Counted from the first letter of the stretch, positions 10,050 through 20,226 are shown. The stretch is DNA of 64,000 nt from Methanomassiliicoccaceae archaeon (GCA_040776945.1 JAXGZN010000002.1:416001-480000); one strand, 5' to 3'. Translations and numbers: made by a program. The notes: a model not told the origin generated them from the sequence alone.

Positions 10050-11180
10050 TCAGCCCTGGGCCTCCGTTCTCTGGGCAAGCAGGCCCCGGCGTTTACCGTC
10101 CCTCCCCCTCACTCCGGAGAACATCGGGCCATATGGCAGCAGGTTCAGAACGAAGAGCGAGAGGACGCTGACCACTATCGCGATGATGTACAGCAGCACA
10201 TAGAACACCGCGTCCTCGGCGTCAAGTCCGATCGCCCAGAGACGGTTCGATGCGAACGCAAGGGCCAGGATGTGCACCATGTATATGCCGAAGGAGTACC
10301 GCCCCAGCAGGTCCATCACGGAAAACGCCCGGCCGGGCCTGGATACCAGGCGCGCGGACGCGCGGTACACCAGTGATGAGGCCAGGACCGAGTATGGGAC
10401 CACGGCCATTGCCCACCAGAACTCCGATTCGATCATCTGCAGGCCGATGGGGACCACCAGCACCAGGGCCGTCACAGGGACCGGCCCAGTCTCAGCAAGC
10501 CCGCGCAAGAAGGTTGAGGGCGTTCGTGAGATATGCATCCCCAACGCAAAGAAGATCAGGTAGCCTGGGAACAGGAAACCGGAAAGGCGCTCACCCATAT
10601 CGACGACCGGCAACCCCAGGGAATCGATGCCGCCGGCAACCGCGCCCTCGAGGAAAGCGTACCAAGCGATGTACAGGGCGGCGGCAGCGGCCAGGAACAT
10701 CCAGGACCGGCCCTTGGCGGCAAGGCGGTCCAGCCAAGCAGAGAGGAACGGGAAGAGAAGGTACATCTGGACCATCGCACCGAGGAACCAGAACACCCCC
10801 ACGGAATCGAACAGGAGGTAGGACCATGCCGCCTGGACGAGATCGGTCCTTCCCAGCACCCAATAGTTATATCCGGCGTAGATGGTGGAAAAGAACAGGT
10901 ATGGGGGCACCACGGTCATCAGGCGGCGGCGGTAGAAACCCCACGTTCCCCCCGGACTTATCGGCCGGGCGGCCAGGAGGAAACCGGAGATCATGAAGAA
11001 CAGGGGAACGCCGAAATCAGCGAGATGAGCGATGTAATCCGTGACCCCCGGTATCCAACTTGGCCCTGAGATCGCTTCGGAGAAGCTCCCGGCATGGATG
11101 GCCACTATGCCGAGGATGGCGAACCCACGCATCAGGTCCAGTTCCTTGATCCTCCCCCGGGGGGGCAGTTCAGCGCTCAC
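10050..11180 (-). CDS. Acyltransferase family 3 (OafA-like) membrane protein
   Basis: ELDLMRGFAILGIVAIH, VPLFFMISGFLL, FYRRR...PPY, GRYSFGIYMVH motifs. Confidence 0.9.
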   Translation of the reverse strand: MSAELPPRGRIKELDLMRGFAILGIVAIHAGSFSEAISGPSWIPGVTDYIAHLADFGVPLFFMISGFLLAARPISPGGTWGFYRRRLMTVVPPYLFFSTIYAGYNYWVLGRTDLVQAAWSYLLFDSVGVFWFLGAMVQMYLLFPFLSAWLDRLAAKGRSWMFLAAAAALYIAWYAFLEGAVAGGIDSLGLPVVDMGERLSGFLFPGYLIFFALGMHISRTPSTFLRGLAETGPVPVTALVLVVPIGLQMIESEFWWAMAVVPYSVLASSLVYRASARLVSRPGRAFSVMDLLGRYSFGIYMVHILALAFASNRLWAIGLDAEDAVFYVLLYIIAIVVSVLSLFVLNLLPYGPMFSGVRGRDGKRRGLLAQRTEAQG

Positions 11181-11258
11181 AGTGTTTAATCTATTCTAGA
11201 TGAATATAATTGTTAGCTCGAACGCACATTTTTAATTTGGTCATCGGCATCCCCGCCC

Positions 11259-11939
11259 GTGCTCGTCTTCTGCCACATGGTGATCGGGGCCATCCTCGGG
11301 CTCATGCTGTACCGCAGGCTGGACATAAGGTCAGCGGTGCCAGTGGGGGCACTAGGGGCGATCCTCCCCGACATCATCGACAAGCCGCTGGGACACCTGC
11401 TGCTCCAGAGCACTCTCGACTCCGGGAGGATATATGCGCACACCCTGCTGTTCCTGGCAATGGTGACAGCGGTAGGCGCGGCCGCCTGGAGATACAAGCT
11501 GACCCCTCTCGTCCTTGTCCTTGCCCTGGGCATCGCCAGTCACCTGTTCCTGGATGCCATGTGGGACAATCCAGTGACCCTGTTCTGGCCGGCCCTGGGC
11601 CCCTTCATCCCGTTCCATTACCCGGATTACTTCGAGGCCTCGTTCATAGTCGAGATCACCTCCCCCCTCGAATGGCTGTTCGGAGCGTCCCTGCTCATCA
11701 TCCTGGGGACCATATACAAGGAGGAGATGGGAGCATGGGGGCATCTCGCCGTTAGGTCCAGGTCGTTCCGCCTGCCGCTGTTCGGCCTGTTGGCCTTGGC
11801 CGGTGTACTGACCGTGGCCGCCCTGGCCCTCAGCTCAGTCGATGCGATGGAGGCCCCGGTCAAGGTCATGACCGGGGGATGCGCCTTCGCCGCCGGCAGC
11901 TTCCTGTTCGTCCGAGAGAGGCGAGGAGCGCTCCTTTAG
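11259..11939 (+). CDS. Membrane-bound metal-dependent hydrolase (YdjM-like)
   Basis: H..GAILPDIIDK, AHTLLF, SHLFLD, LFWP motifs. Confidence 0.85.
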   Translation: MLVFCHMVIGAILGLMLYRRLDIRSAVPVGALGAILPDIIDKPLGHLLLQSTLDSGRIYAHTLLFLAMVTAVGAAAWRYKLTPLVLVLALGIASHLFLDAMWDNPVTLFWPALGPFIPFHYPDYFEASFIVEITSPLEWLFGASLLIILGTIYKEEMGAWGHLAVRSRSFRLPLFGLLALAGVLTVAALALSSVDAMEAPVKVMTGGCAFAAGSFLFVRERRGALL

Positions 11940-12108
11940 TTTCTGGAGAAAGCTTGGATATTGAAGTATGAAGGACAATATCGGTCAAAGGAGGCTCCTT
12001 CTTCAAGGAGACATCAATGGCGTCGATGGGAACGAGATGGTCGTGCCGCCGGCCGTCGACCCGGTGGCCTCATCTCGCGGCTCGAGGCGATGGTTTGGGA
12101 AGGTGCGC

Positions 12109-12270
12109 TCAATCCGCCGGAGGGATGAGCAGGTAATCCGTGAACTTTTTTGGCTCGGGGTCGTTGCTGAGCCTGCTGATGACCAGGCCTATCACGAACA
12201 GCGGTATGGCCAGGACCACGGCGGCGACGCCCAGCAGGGAAAGGCTCTGTAAGGGAGTGGGCAACTTCAT
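12109..12270 (-). CDS. Small single-TM protein (53 aa) translationally coupled to the MFS gene
   Basis: MKLPTPLQSLSLLGVAAVVLAIPLFVIGLVISRLSNDPEPKKFTDYLLIPPAD. Its ATG overlaps the MFS TGA (TGATG). Confidence 0.55.
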   Translation of the reverse strand: MKLPTPLQSLSLLGVAAVVLAIPLFVIGLVISRLSNDPEPKKFTDYLLIPPAD

Positions 12271-13712
12271 CAGGACCTCCGGAAGAACAGCGCAGTACCA
12301 GAGGCCCGACGGTCGGCGAACCGGCCCCTGTGGCGGCCTGCGGTGGCCTGGGCCAGCCCTGCGGTGGCGCGATGGATCCCCTTCCGGATATGGGAGGCCG
12401 AACAACCCCTCCTCATCTCCAAGAGCATCTCTTTCACCACCACGCTCTCTTGCACTTCGCCATCCTCCTTTACAAGGGTAAGCCTGTGCAAGGAGAAAAA
12501 GCCTAGCATGGACGCGACGAGGAAGAAGTACTCCCAATTCGGAAGGAACATAGCGATGGCGCCTCCCAGCAGCGGGGCCGTCCCGGTTGCCAGCGCGGCG
12601 AACAGCGAGGTCGAGGCCAGATAGGAGGTTGCCTCTCCGCTCGGCGCGAGCTTCAGGCTTATGTTCCCCGAGACCAGGCCTACTCCGGAGGTGGCCATCC
12701 CCATAAGCACCTCGGCCATCACCACCAGCAGGACCAATACAGGCGTGGTGTGGAACAGCACCGTGGAGGCCCACAACAGGAAGCAGCCGATGAGCATCGG
12801 TCCAGAGACTCGGAGCACCGATTTGTTGGAGAACTGGTCCGAAAGCCTTCCCCACATCTTGAAGAAGGCGAGGCTGGAGGCCTGTCCGACGACCGTGAAC
12901 ACCATGACCGTGGAGGTGTCCATGCCCAGGCTGGTGAGCATGTACACGCTCAGGAACGGCAGCGCGAGATTGATCGCGAAGCTCCAGGATGTTAGGAACA
13001 CTATGAGGTTCTTGAAGTTGCGGTCCTCGAACGGCTTCTTCAGCAGTGCTCCGAACCGCGGCACGCTTTGACCGCCGCCCATCCTGGGCTCCGGAATGGC
13101 CGATATGCAAAGCACGCCTATCATCCCCACGATGAAGCCGGCGATGAAAAGAATGGAGTAACCCTCGATGACCATGCCGGGGAACGCCGATCCCCACCAG
13201 GTGATGAAGAACCCCGCCCCCAGTCCCATTGGTATGCTGGACGCCGTGCTTAGCAGCATCCTTTTCGAGAAGAACCTTCCCAGCTCATTTGTGGGCAGGA
13301 GGTCGTGCATCCATGAGTTCCAGCTGCATCCTCCGATGGAGCCAAGGATCGAGTTCGGCACCATGGCCAGCAGGACCAACGGCAGTGCCATCTCGAAAGG
13401 CACAGCCAGTGGGACCATCGCTATGACCAGCCAGAACGACCGGCTCAACGCTGCGGCGGGCACGGTTATCGACCTCCGCACACGCACCTTCTCGATAAGG
13501 TATGTGGTGGGCAGCTGGATGATATTGGCCAAGGCCGGTATCATGGCCATGAGCCCTATGACAAGTTCAGAGGCGCCCAAGGCTAGGGCGAAGGCGATGA
13601 GGAACGTGCTCCCCGTCAACGTGGACATGACCGAGGTGGCCACCCCATCATTGATAACGCCCCGGAAGCCTCTCGAGACCTCCGTCTCAGTAAGTTCGCT
13701 CCTGCATCCCAT
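12270..13712 (-). CDS. MFS transporter
   Basis: About 12 TM segments, with WNSWMHDLLP..LGRFFSKR and WGRLSDQFSNK loop motifs. Confidence 0.88.
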   Translation of the reverse strand: MGCRSELTETEVSRGFRGVINDGVATSVMSTLTGSTFLIAFALALGASELVIGLMAMIPALANIIQLPTTYLIEKVRVRRSITVPAAALSRSFWLVIAMVPLAVPFEMALPLVLLAMVPNSILGSIGGCSWNSWMHDLLPTNELGRFFSKRMLLSTASSIPMGLGAGFFITWWGSAFPGMVIEGYSILFIAGFIVGMIGVLCISAIPEPRMGGGQSVPRFGALLKKPFEDRNFKNLIVFLTSWSFAINLALPFLSVYMLTSLGMDTSTVMVFTVVGQASSLAFFKMWGRLSDQFSNKSVLRVSGPMLIGCFLLWASTVLFHTTPVLVLLVVMAEVLMGMATSGVGLVSGNISLKLAPSGEATSYLASTSLFAALATGTAPLLGGAIAMFLPNWEYFFLVASMLGFFSLHRLTLVKEDGEVQESVVVKEMLLEMRRGCSASHIRKGIHRATAGLAQATAGRHRGRFADRRASGTALFFRRS

Positions 13713-13962
13713 CTAACATCACTTGGACCGAGGTCCTGTTCTATGCCACTAGAAAGAGGTTATAAACGAATTATCACGTGGTTATCATCAACGATACCAC
13801 TAACGGAAGGAACAGGGCCGACCCACAGCGATAAGATGACTGGCTAGGCCGCCGTAAGCTCTACATGATGAAGCACCCGCTCCTCCGTCCCCTCGGGAAT
13901 GCGGCATCGGGGACAGGAGAAGATGCGATAGTTTGATGAAACCCGCTGACGATAAGGACAAT

Positions 13963-15006
13963 GTGAGCGGAATGGGATGTGGAGAAGGAGGGCGGAACGA
14001 TATCGTCGTGATCGGCGGAGGCATCGCCGGAATGACGGCGTCCCTGGCATTGGCGTCACTGGGCCATAAGGTCGCCCTCATAGAGAAGAGCGACAAGCTG
14101 GGGGGCAGAGCAGGGCGCTTGGGGACAATGCTCCCGCAGATGCTCCGCTGCTCCGAGATCATCGGACCAATGGTGTTCCGCGTCCTAGGGGATCGGAACA
14201 TTAAGGTCCTTCTGTCCAGCGAGATATCGTCCATAGGAAGGGACGACAGCGGCCATTTCGTGGAGATGGACAACGGCCGCCGCGAGACCGGTTCCGCGAT
14301 CATCATCGCCACCGGACTGGACACGGTCCCTGCCGGCGCGGTGCCGGAGTATGGGCACGGGCTGCGCAAGGGAGTGATGACGCTCGAGGAACTGGAGGAG
14401 CGCATCGCGTCGGGCGGCCCTCTGAGCGATGAGGTGCCTAGGGCCATCGTGTTCGTTCAGTGCGTCGGCTCCAGGACCGAGAGGCGCGGGGTCCCGTACT
14501 GCAGCGCCCTATGCTGCGCCAACGCCATAAAGAACGCCCTGCTTTTAAAGCGAGAGGACCCTGGCAGGGACGTCACGGTGCTGTACATCGACATCAGGAC
14601 CACAGGAAAGGGGCAGGAGGAGCTGTACCGCGAGGCCAGAAGGAGCGGGGTGCGGTTCATCCGGGGGCAGCCGTCCCTCGTGACGGAAAGGGAAGGCCGC
14701 CTGCTCGTGTGCGGTGAGAACACCCTGCTTCGGGAACTGTACGAGCTCCCCGCTGACCTCGTGGTGTTGGCCACCGGACTGAGGCAGCCGCCTTCCAACC
14801 TTCTTCTGATGGACGAGCTGGAGATCGCGGAAGGAACGACAGGTTTCCCCCTGGCCTTCGGCTCCCACACGACCGCCGAGGGCGTGTTCCTAGCCGGTTC
14901 GGTCAAGGGCCCCATGGACATGCCCACGGCGGAGCGTGACGCCAGGGCCTGCGCCCTGGATGTCCATGAGCATCTCGTCAAAGGACCGAGGACCGCTTCG
15001 CCCTGA
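13963..15006 (+). CDS. Short HdrA-family FAD/Fe-S oxidoreductase lacking ferredoxin domains
   Basis: VIGGGIAG, IIIATG, EYGHG, VQCVGSR..YCSALCC, YIDIRT, GVFLAG..GPMD motifs as in HdrA. Start uncertain (13933-13972). Confidence 0.8.
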   Translation: MSGMGCGEGGRNDIVVIGGGIAGMTASLALASLGHKVALIEKSDKLGGRAGRLGTMLPQMLRCSEIIGPMVFRVLGDRNIKVLLSSEISSIGRDDSGHFVEMDNGRRETGSAIIIATGLDTVPAGAVPEYGHGLRKGVMTLEELEERIASGGPLSDEVPRAIVFVQCVGSRTERRGVPYCSALCCANAIKNALLLKREDPGRDVTVLYIDIRTTGKGQEELYREARRSGVRFIRGQPSLVTEREGRLLVCGENTLLRELYELPADLVVLATGLRQPPSNLLLMDELEIAEGTTGFPLAFGSHTTAEGVFLAGSVKGPMDMPTAERDARACALDVHEHLVKGPRTASP

Positions 15007-15021
15007 TCGGGCCGGCCGAGG

Positions 15022-16374
15022 TCATTCGGCGGCAGCGTGGACCACGGACGTGCCCCATGCCGGGTTGGCGATGGCATGCTGGTGCATATAGGTCCCCATC
15101 GATCGGCGCACCATGATGCCATCAAGGGCCTCTCCTATGCCCGTACCTCGCAGGATGGAGAACCCGTAGGGGCCGGAGGGAAGCGGCTCCAGGCGGGAAT
15201 AATGGAACTCGTGGGCCCTGATCTCGGCCCCGGGGAACAGGAAGTTGTCCGGGGTCCCCACGGCCTTCACGTAAGCGAGGCCTTGTCGGTCACGTGTCAG
15301 CGTGGCCTGGGTGTCAAATATCCCGGCCATGTCATGCACCTTTCCGAAGGCATTTATGGATCGGCACATCGCCATGAGGCCTCCGCATTCGCCGTATACC
15401 AGCCGGCCTTCCTGGGAGAGCTGCCTGATGCCCTCGCGGAAATCACCATTGGCCTCCAAGGCCTCGGCATGGACCTCTGGATAACCGCCCCCTAGATAGG
15501 CCGCATCGCAGTCTGGGAGAGGCTCCCCCTCCGCAGGGCGGAAGGTCACCACCTTGGCGCCGGCGGCCTCCAGCGCCTCAAGGTTCTCTCTGTAATAGAA
15601 GCAGAAGGCGCGGTCACGAGGCACGGCGATGGTCACGCCCTTGCTCTCCTCCTCAACGTAGGGCACGCTCGTCTCGAACTCGGCCTGAGGTGCGGACCTG
15701 GCAACGTCCATCAGTCGCCCGAGGTCGATATCGGCAATAAGCTCCTCGATCTGGGCCATTAGGCCGGCGGGGTTGCTGGCATCATCTATCGTAAGGAGGC
15801 CGAGATGCCTCTCTGGAAGGCGCTCCCTCTGTCTCTCGATGGTGCCCAGGACCTCCGTGCCGGTGAGGGATTCGACCGCCTGCACGGCCTTCCGTCGGTG
15901 CCGGTCCCCGCTAACGTTGTTCAGTATGACCCCTGCGATGTCGACCTCTCGGTCCAGCATCTTGAAGCCCAGAACATGGGCCGCCGCGCTCTTGGCCAGA
16001 CTGCGGGCGTTCACTACCAGTACGACCGGGGCCCGGATGAACTTGGCTATCTCCGCGGTGGACCCGGTGTCCCCGGTGGCGGTCAGGCCGTCATATAGTC
16101 CTCTGACGCCCTCCACGATGGCGACGTTCGCTCCCTGGGACGACCATCCGAAGAGGTGTGTCAGCTTCTCCCGCTCCATGAAGAAGGAGTCCAGGTTCCT
16201 CGACGGCCGTCCAGTGGCAGCGGTGTGGTACATCGGATCGATGAAATCAGGCCCCACCTTATACCCCTGGACCTTCATGGAGCGGGCCAGTCTGGACATC
16301 AGGCCGGTGGCGATGACGGTCTTTCCCACCCCGCTGCCCGAGCCCGCTATCACCAGGCGAGGCGGGGCGATCAT
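15022..16374 (-). CDS. cfbB: Ni-sirohydrochlorin a,c-diamide synthase
   Basis: CbiA/CobB family (GSGVGKT, KVGPDFIDP, GECGG, HEFHYS) and last gene of the cfb operon. Confidence 0.92.
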   Translation of the reverse strand: MIAPPRLVIAGSGSGVGKTVIATGLMSRLARSMKVQGYKVGPDFIDPMYHTAATGRPSRNLDSFFMEREKLTHLFGWSSQGANVAIVEGVRGLYDGLTATGDTGSTAEIAKFIRAPVVLVVNARSLAKSAAAHVLGFKMLDREVDIAGVILNNVSGDRHRRKAVQAVESLTGTEVLGTIERQRERLPERHLGLLTIDDASNPAGLMAQIEELIADIDLGRLMDVARSAPQAEFETSVPYVEEESKGVTIAVPRDRAFCFYYRENLEALEAAGAKVVTFRPAEGEPLPDCDAAYLGGGYPEVHAEALEANGDFREGIRQLSQEGRLVYGECGGLMAMCRSINAFGKVHDMAGIFDTQATLTRDRQGLAYVKAVGTPDNFLFPGAEIRAHEFHYSRLEPLPSGPYGFSILRGTGIGEALDGIMVRRSMGTYMHQHAIANPAWGTSVVHAAAE

Positions 16375-17150
16375 CCGAACTCCCGAAGCAGCGCCCGGAT
16401 ATCGTCAGGCTCCATCGGGACCGGGACCGACATCTGGTCATTGGCCAGTATCGCTCGGCCAAGCTGGCGGTAGGCATCGGCCTGGGGATCGTTGGGAGCA
16501 CACTCTATCACGGTCATCCCTTGGTTCTCGCACTCGCGGACAACTGCGCTGCGGGGCACGAAGCCGATCAGGCGGGATCCGATGCGCCGGGCGTACTCTT
16601 CCACCGCTTCCTCCTCGTTGTTGACCTCGCGCGAGTTGCAGATGAGGCCTCCCAAAGGAACACCGAGGTTGGCGAGCCCCCGGGCGATGTTGTTCGCCGC
16701 GTACAGAGCGAGATACTCCCCGCTGGTGACGATGTACACCTCATTTGCGAACTTCTCCCGGATGGGGGCGGCGAACCCTCCGCACACCACGTCCCCCGGC
16801 ACGTCATAGATCAGGACATCGTCCTCTTGGCGGAAATGGTCTCGGGCCAATCTCTGGACGGCGACGATTATGCCCCTTCCGGCGCATCCTACTCCGGCCA
16901 GCGGACCCCCGGTCTCCACGCAGTTGACCCCTTTGAACCCTGAGAACACGACCTCTCCCTCCTCGTCCTTCATCTGCTCAAGGAAGGTCGGTATCTTTCT
17001 CCCGTGGAGAAGGGTCATGCTGCCATCGGACTTGGGGTCGCATCCGATGTACCAGGTCCGGAGGCCCGATTCGGCGAAGAAGGCCGCCAGGTTCGCGGAC
17101 ACTGTGGACTTTCCTATGCCTCCCTTGCCATAGATCGCCATCTGTCTCAT
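16371..17150 (-). CDS. cfbC: Ni-sirohydrochlorin a,c-diamide reductive cyclase, ATPase/reductase subunit (NifH-like)
   Basis: YGKGGIGKST, GCDPK, GVGCAGRG, GDVVCGGFA motifs, in cfb context. Confidence 0.93.
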   Translation of the reverse strand: MRQMAIYGKGGIGKSTVSANLAAFFAESGLRTWYIGCDPKSDGSMTLLHGRKIPTFLEQMKDEEGEVVFSGFKGVNCVETGGPLAGVGCAGRGIIVAVQRLARDHFRQEDDVLIYDVPGDVVCGGFAAPIREKFANEVYIVTSGEYLALYAANNIARGLANLGVPLGGLICNSREVNNEEEAVEEYARRIGSRLIGFVPRSAVVRECENQGMTVIECAPNDPQADAYRQLGRAILANDQMSVPVPMEPDDIRALLREFG

Positions 17151-18232
17151 GCCAGTCCCCCGTCGACGATCTCGCGGATGGTGTTCCCCAGCTCGCTGAA
17201 CAGCACATGTTCGGTGCTCATGACCTCCGCGTGGGTATTGATCTCGCCGACAGAGAGGCGGAAGCCCCTGTCAATATAGTTACGGAGCTCCCTTGGCTGG
17301 TCGGTGACCAGGATGTCCTGCGGCCTCAGGCCGGGCACGGCATGCGGCAGGCCTGCCACGATGCGCAGGTCGGCCCCCGATTCCTCGAGCGCCCTGGAGG
17401 CGATCTCCCCGGCCACTGGATACTCGTCCAGTCCACCGGTCAGTATGGAGGGGACGGCGCCCGCCTCTTTCAGGTCACGGAGTATGTTCGATGCATACCT
17501 CCTGATCCTGGGGAGCCCGACCTGAGGGTCGAGATTCCCGATATGGACGACATCTCCCCCGATCCGGTCGCGCGCATACTGGACCGCCCGCATTATGTCC
17601 GCGAATCCGTAGGCGGTCTCCTTCTTGGCGTTGAGCGCCACCGACACCTTTCCTCCTTGGCGGAGCACCTTGATAATCTCCAGGCCCACGGAGAGCTTCG
17701 TGACCCCGGAATGAGGCTCCAGATATTCCTGGCTGGTAAGGCCTCGTTCCCGCTCGATGGCTGTGGCCCTTTTCAACATGAACTTCTGGCGGTCCCGCTC
17801 CTCCTCGGAGATCACTCCCATCTCGGCCGCCACCTCAAGGGTCCTGATCGCTCCGGTGGTGTTCGGTCCTGAGCATCCGTGAACGTCCACCGGCAGAACG
17901 GTCGCCTTTACCCCAGCCTTCTTGACCGCTCCGTCCAGGTTCTCCCCGATGATCATAGATGCGCAGGTGCCGACCACGCCTATGAGGCGGGGGCGGAACC
18001 GGTCATCGATGTTCTTCAGGATGCGGACCAGCTTCTCCTCCGCTCCGAAGATGAGGTCGTTCTCCTGCATCCCGGTGGTCATGACCCGAACGCCCGCCTC
18101 TTCCAGCCTGCGGGCGGCCATGAACCCGCATCCCGCAGGGCCGTGCATGAGGATAACATCGGCGTCAAGGTCTCTCAGGGTGTACATCGCGGCGATGATG
18201 GGGTTGGGCCGCGGGTGGAGGATGTCCTTCAC
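17147..18232 (-). CDS. cfbD: Ni-sirohydrochlorin a,c-diamide reductive cyclase, catalytic subunit (NflD)
   Basis: HPRPNPIIAAMYTLRDL, HGPAGC, GTCASMIIGE, LNAKKET, GGLDEYP motifs. Confidence 0.93.
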   Translation of the reverse strand: MKDILHPRPNPIIAAMYTLRDLDADVILMHGPAGCGFMAARRLEEAGVRVMTTGMQENDLIFGAEEKLVRILKNIDDRFRPRLIGVVGTCASMIIGENLDGAVKKAGVKATVLPVDVHGCSGPNTTGAIRTLEVAAEMGVISEEERDRQKFMLKRATAIERERGLTSQEYLEPHSGVTKLSVGLEIIKVLRQGGKVSVALNAKKETAYGFADIMRAVQYARDRIGGDVVHIGNLDPQVGLPRIRRYASNILRDLKEAGAVPSILTGGLDEYPVAGEIASRALEESGADLRIVAGLPHAVPGLRPQDILVTDQPRELRNYIDRGFRLSVGEINTHAEVMSTEHVLFSELGNTIREIVDGGLA

Positions 18233-19521
18233 AGGTACCCCTCCTTGATGCAGTGGACGAGCACTTTGTGCTTCTTCCTGACGTCCATCGGCCCTTCTAT
18301 CCTCAGGAACCCGGCGGCCTGGCGGTCAAGACCGGGCATGTTGATGATATACTGCCCCTTGATCGACGGGTGCTTGGAGAGCACCTTGTGAACGTCCTCA
18401 ATGACCAGTTTCTCGCAGACCTTCAGGTTTACAGGGTCCAGGGCCACTCCGATGTCCTCTTGCCCGTAGTTCCGCTCAAGGACGGTGATGTTCCAATCAA
18501 TGGACCCTGCGCTGACACCGGGGTTGCGCTCGCGGATGAGGAACGCGCCACCTTCGCGTGCGACGTCCCCTCGGCCGGGGACGCCCTTGAACGTTGAAAG
18601 GGAGCTCACCGCCTGCTCCATATCAAGACCCATCGCCCCCGCGGCGGCCAGGCCGGCCAATAGGGCGGTGGCGTAGCTCGGAGCCAGGAAGGTCCCCGGA
18701 AGCTGGACCGACGATACTCTCCCCTTCCACATCACCGTTAACAAGGCGCCCTTTCCCAGGACCAGCTTATCTGGGAGAGAGACGTCAAGGTCTCCTCCAG
18801 GGCCGAAGGTTATGGTCCTCGCTCCCTCCGGGACATGCGGCCCCCATAGGTCCCTTTCCTTCTCTGGACAGACCAGCACCTTGGCGGTCTGCGCCATCTG
18901 CAGCTTTCCGTGGAATGCCCGGCGGGTCCCGGCCGCTATGGGATAGTCGTCATCGAGGCCCGTGATCACCGAGACATCGGCAAGGCCGGTCCCTCCCAAG
19001 CTGACCTCGAACACTCCAACGTCGCAAGGCGGATGGTCGCGGGAGATCGAGAGGACCGATGGCGGGGCAATGCTCACCTTGTCAGCAAGGGCCCTCCACT
19101 CCCCATCAAAGTAGTGCCTCCCACGGCTGGTGTGCATCAGTGTTCGCTTTCCGGAAGAGGCCAGCATATGTCCCAGGACATGGCAGGCGGAGGTCTTCCC
19201 CCGAACCCCGGTGAGCTCGATCACCGGAAAGTCGAAGGAGGCGAGCTCTCCCACCGCCTGATGCGCGGTGATCCTGCGCCCCAGGTCCGCCGGTCCGATG
19301 AACCTGTCGGGACAGTGGACCGGGACAACGCCAAGATCGAAATGTTCTCCAGGCGAGTCATCGAGCACCCGTACTCCTTTGGCAGCGAGGCTCGCTTTCT
19401 TCTCGGCAGGGGCAGTGTGATATATGTCGACGGCGGTCACACTCGCTCCCCTCGAGGCGTACTCTAGCGCCAGAACCTCACCGCCGTGAGTGAGGTCCAG
19501 CACCAGGACCTTTTCATTCAT
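18229..19521 (-). CDS. cfbE: Coenzyme F430 synthase (Mur-ligase-like)
   Basis: VLDLTHGG, PVHCP, ELTGVRGKTS, FEVSLGGTG, DDYPIA, VCE motifs. Confidence 0.92.
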   Translation of the reverse strand: MNEKVLVLDLTHGGEVLALEYASRGASVTAVDIYHTAPAEKKASLAAKGVRVLDDSPGEHFDLGVVPVHCPDRFIGPADLGRRITAHQAVGELASFDFPVIELTGVRGKTSACHVLGHMLASSGKRTLMHTSRGRHYFDGEWRALADKVSIAPPSVLSISRDHPPCDVGVFEVSLGGTGLADVSVITGLDDDYPIAAGTRRAFHGKLQMAQTAKVLVCPEKERDLWGPHVPEGARTITFGPGGDLDVSLPDKLVLGKGALLTVMWKGRVSSVQLPGTFLAPSYATALLAGLAAAGAMGLDMEQAVSSLSTFKGVPGRGDVAREGGAFLIRERNPGVSAGSIDWNITVLERNYGQEDIGVALDPVNLKVCEKLVIEDVHKVLSKHPSIKGQYIINMPGLDRQAAGFLRIEGPMDVRKKHKVLVHCIKEGYL

Positions 19522-19523
19522 GC

Positions 19524-19922
19524 CTATGCCTGCTTCATCCGGGACCTGACCCTGTCGGCCAGGATCTGGGCGATGCGGTCATCGTCGCCTATGGGGTCGC
19601 AGTAGCGGAGAGTGACGGTCTTGCCATCTACGACCATCTTGGTCTCCCTCTCCCCCTTCTTCAGCCCGATCTCCCCGGGTATGTCCTCGGTGAGGTGGAT
19701 GCCCGATGCGAGGAAGCATGGCTGCACGTAGATCATGTCCACGCCCTGGTCGACCAAGGTCTTGATCCCGGTCTTGATGTCCGGCTCGTTCAGCTGCATG
19801 AACGCGGCCTCTACCGGTCCGAACTCATGGGACTTTGCCAACCGCGCGGCGGCCTTGGTCACGATCTCTTTGTTGAACTGCAGCTTGCTTCCATGCCCTA
19901 CTACAAGTACTCCGTTCTTCAT
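19524..19922 (-). CDS. cfbA: Sirohydrochlorin nickel chelatase (CbiX-S type)
   Basis: VGHGS, AFM..EP, PCFLASGIHLTEDIP, DPIG motifs and first gene of the cfb operon. Confidence 0.9.
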   Translation of the reverse strand: MKNGVLVVGHGSKLQFNKEIVTKAAARLAKSHEFGPVEAAFMQLNEPDIKTGIKTLVDQGVDMIYVQPCFLASGIHLTEDIPGEIGLKKGERETKMVVDGKTVTLRYCDPIGDDDRIAQILADRVRSRMKQA

Positions 19923-20226
19923 GTTCGAAATCCCCTTTGTCACTGACCGCCGAAGCGGCCAGGTCAGGATGACAATCTCTGATTATATAGCTTTCCTGAA
20001 ATCCTTGCCGATATCGGCGATGAGGTACTGACGAAAGGCCGGTCAGGCCCGCCCTTGTTCAATCGCCAGGTCAGTTTGATATCGGACCGGATCTACGCTT
20101 CGGTCCCATCCCCTCCTGTAAGGTCAGGATGCGCACGGCTGGTATCAGAGAGCATAACTATGGTCCGTGCCCCGGCGAAAGATCGAGAACATGTTCTAAA
20201 TAAATGATATGCTAAAAGCAACATGC

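Noticed and set aside
11968-12252. 94-aa plus-strand ORF
   Set aside because: It overlaps the better-supported coupled TM microprotein on the opposite strand and has no recognisable features.
13761-13787. Third NikR-like site (TATAAAC-N13-GTTATCA) at the MFS promoter
   Set aside because: The half-sites are too degenerate and the spacer is not AT-rich, so it may simply be the TATA region.
16371-18232. Nitrogenase (nifH/nifD)
   Set aside because: These are the NifH/NifD-like CfbC/CfbD, embedded among cfbA/E/B. There is no nifK/E/N.
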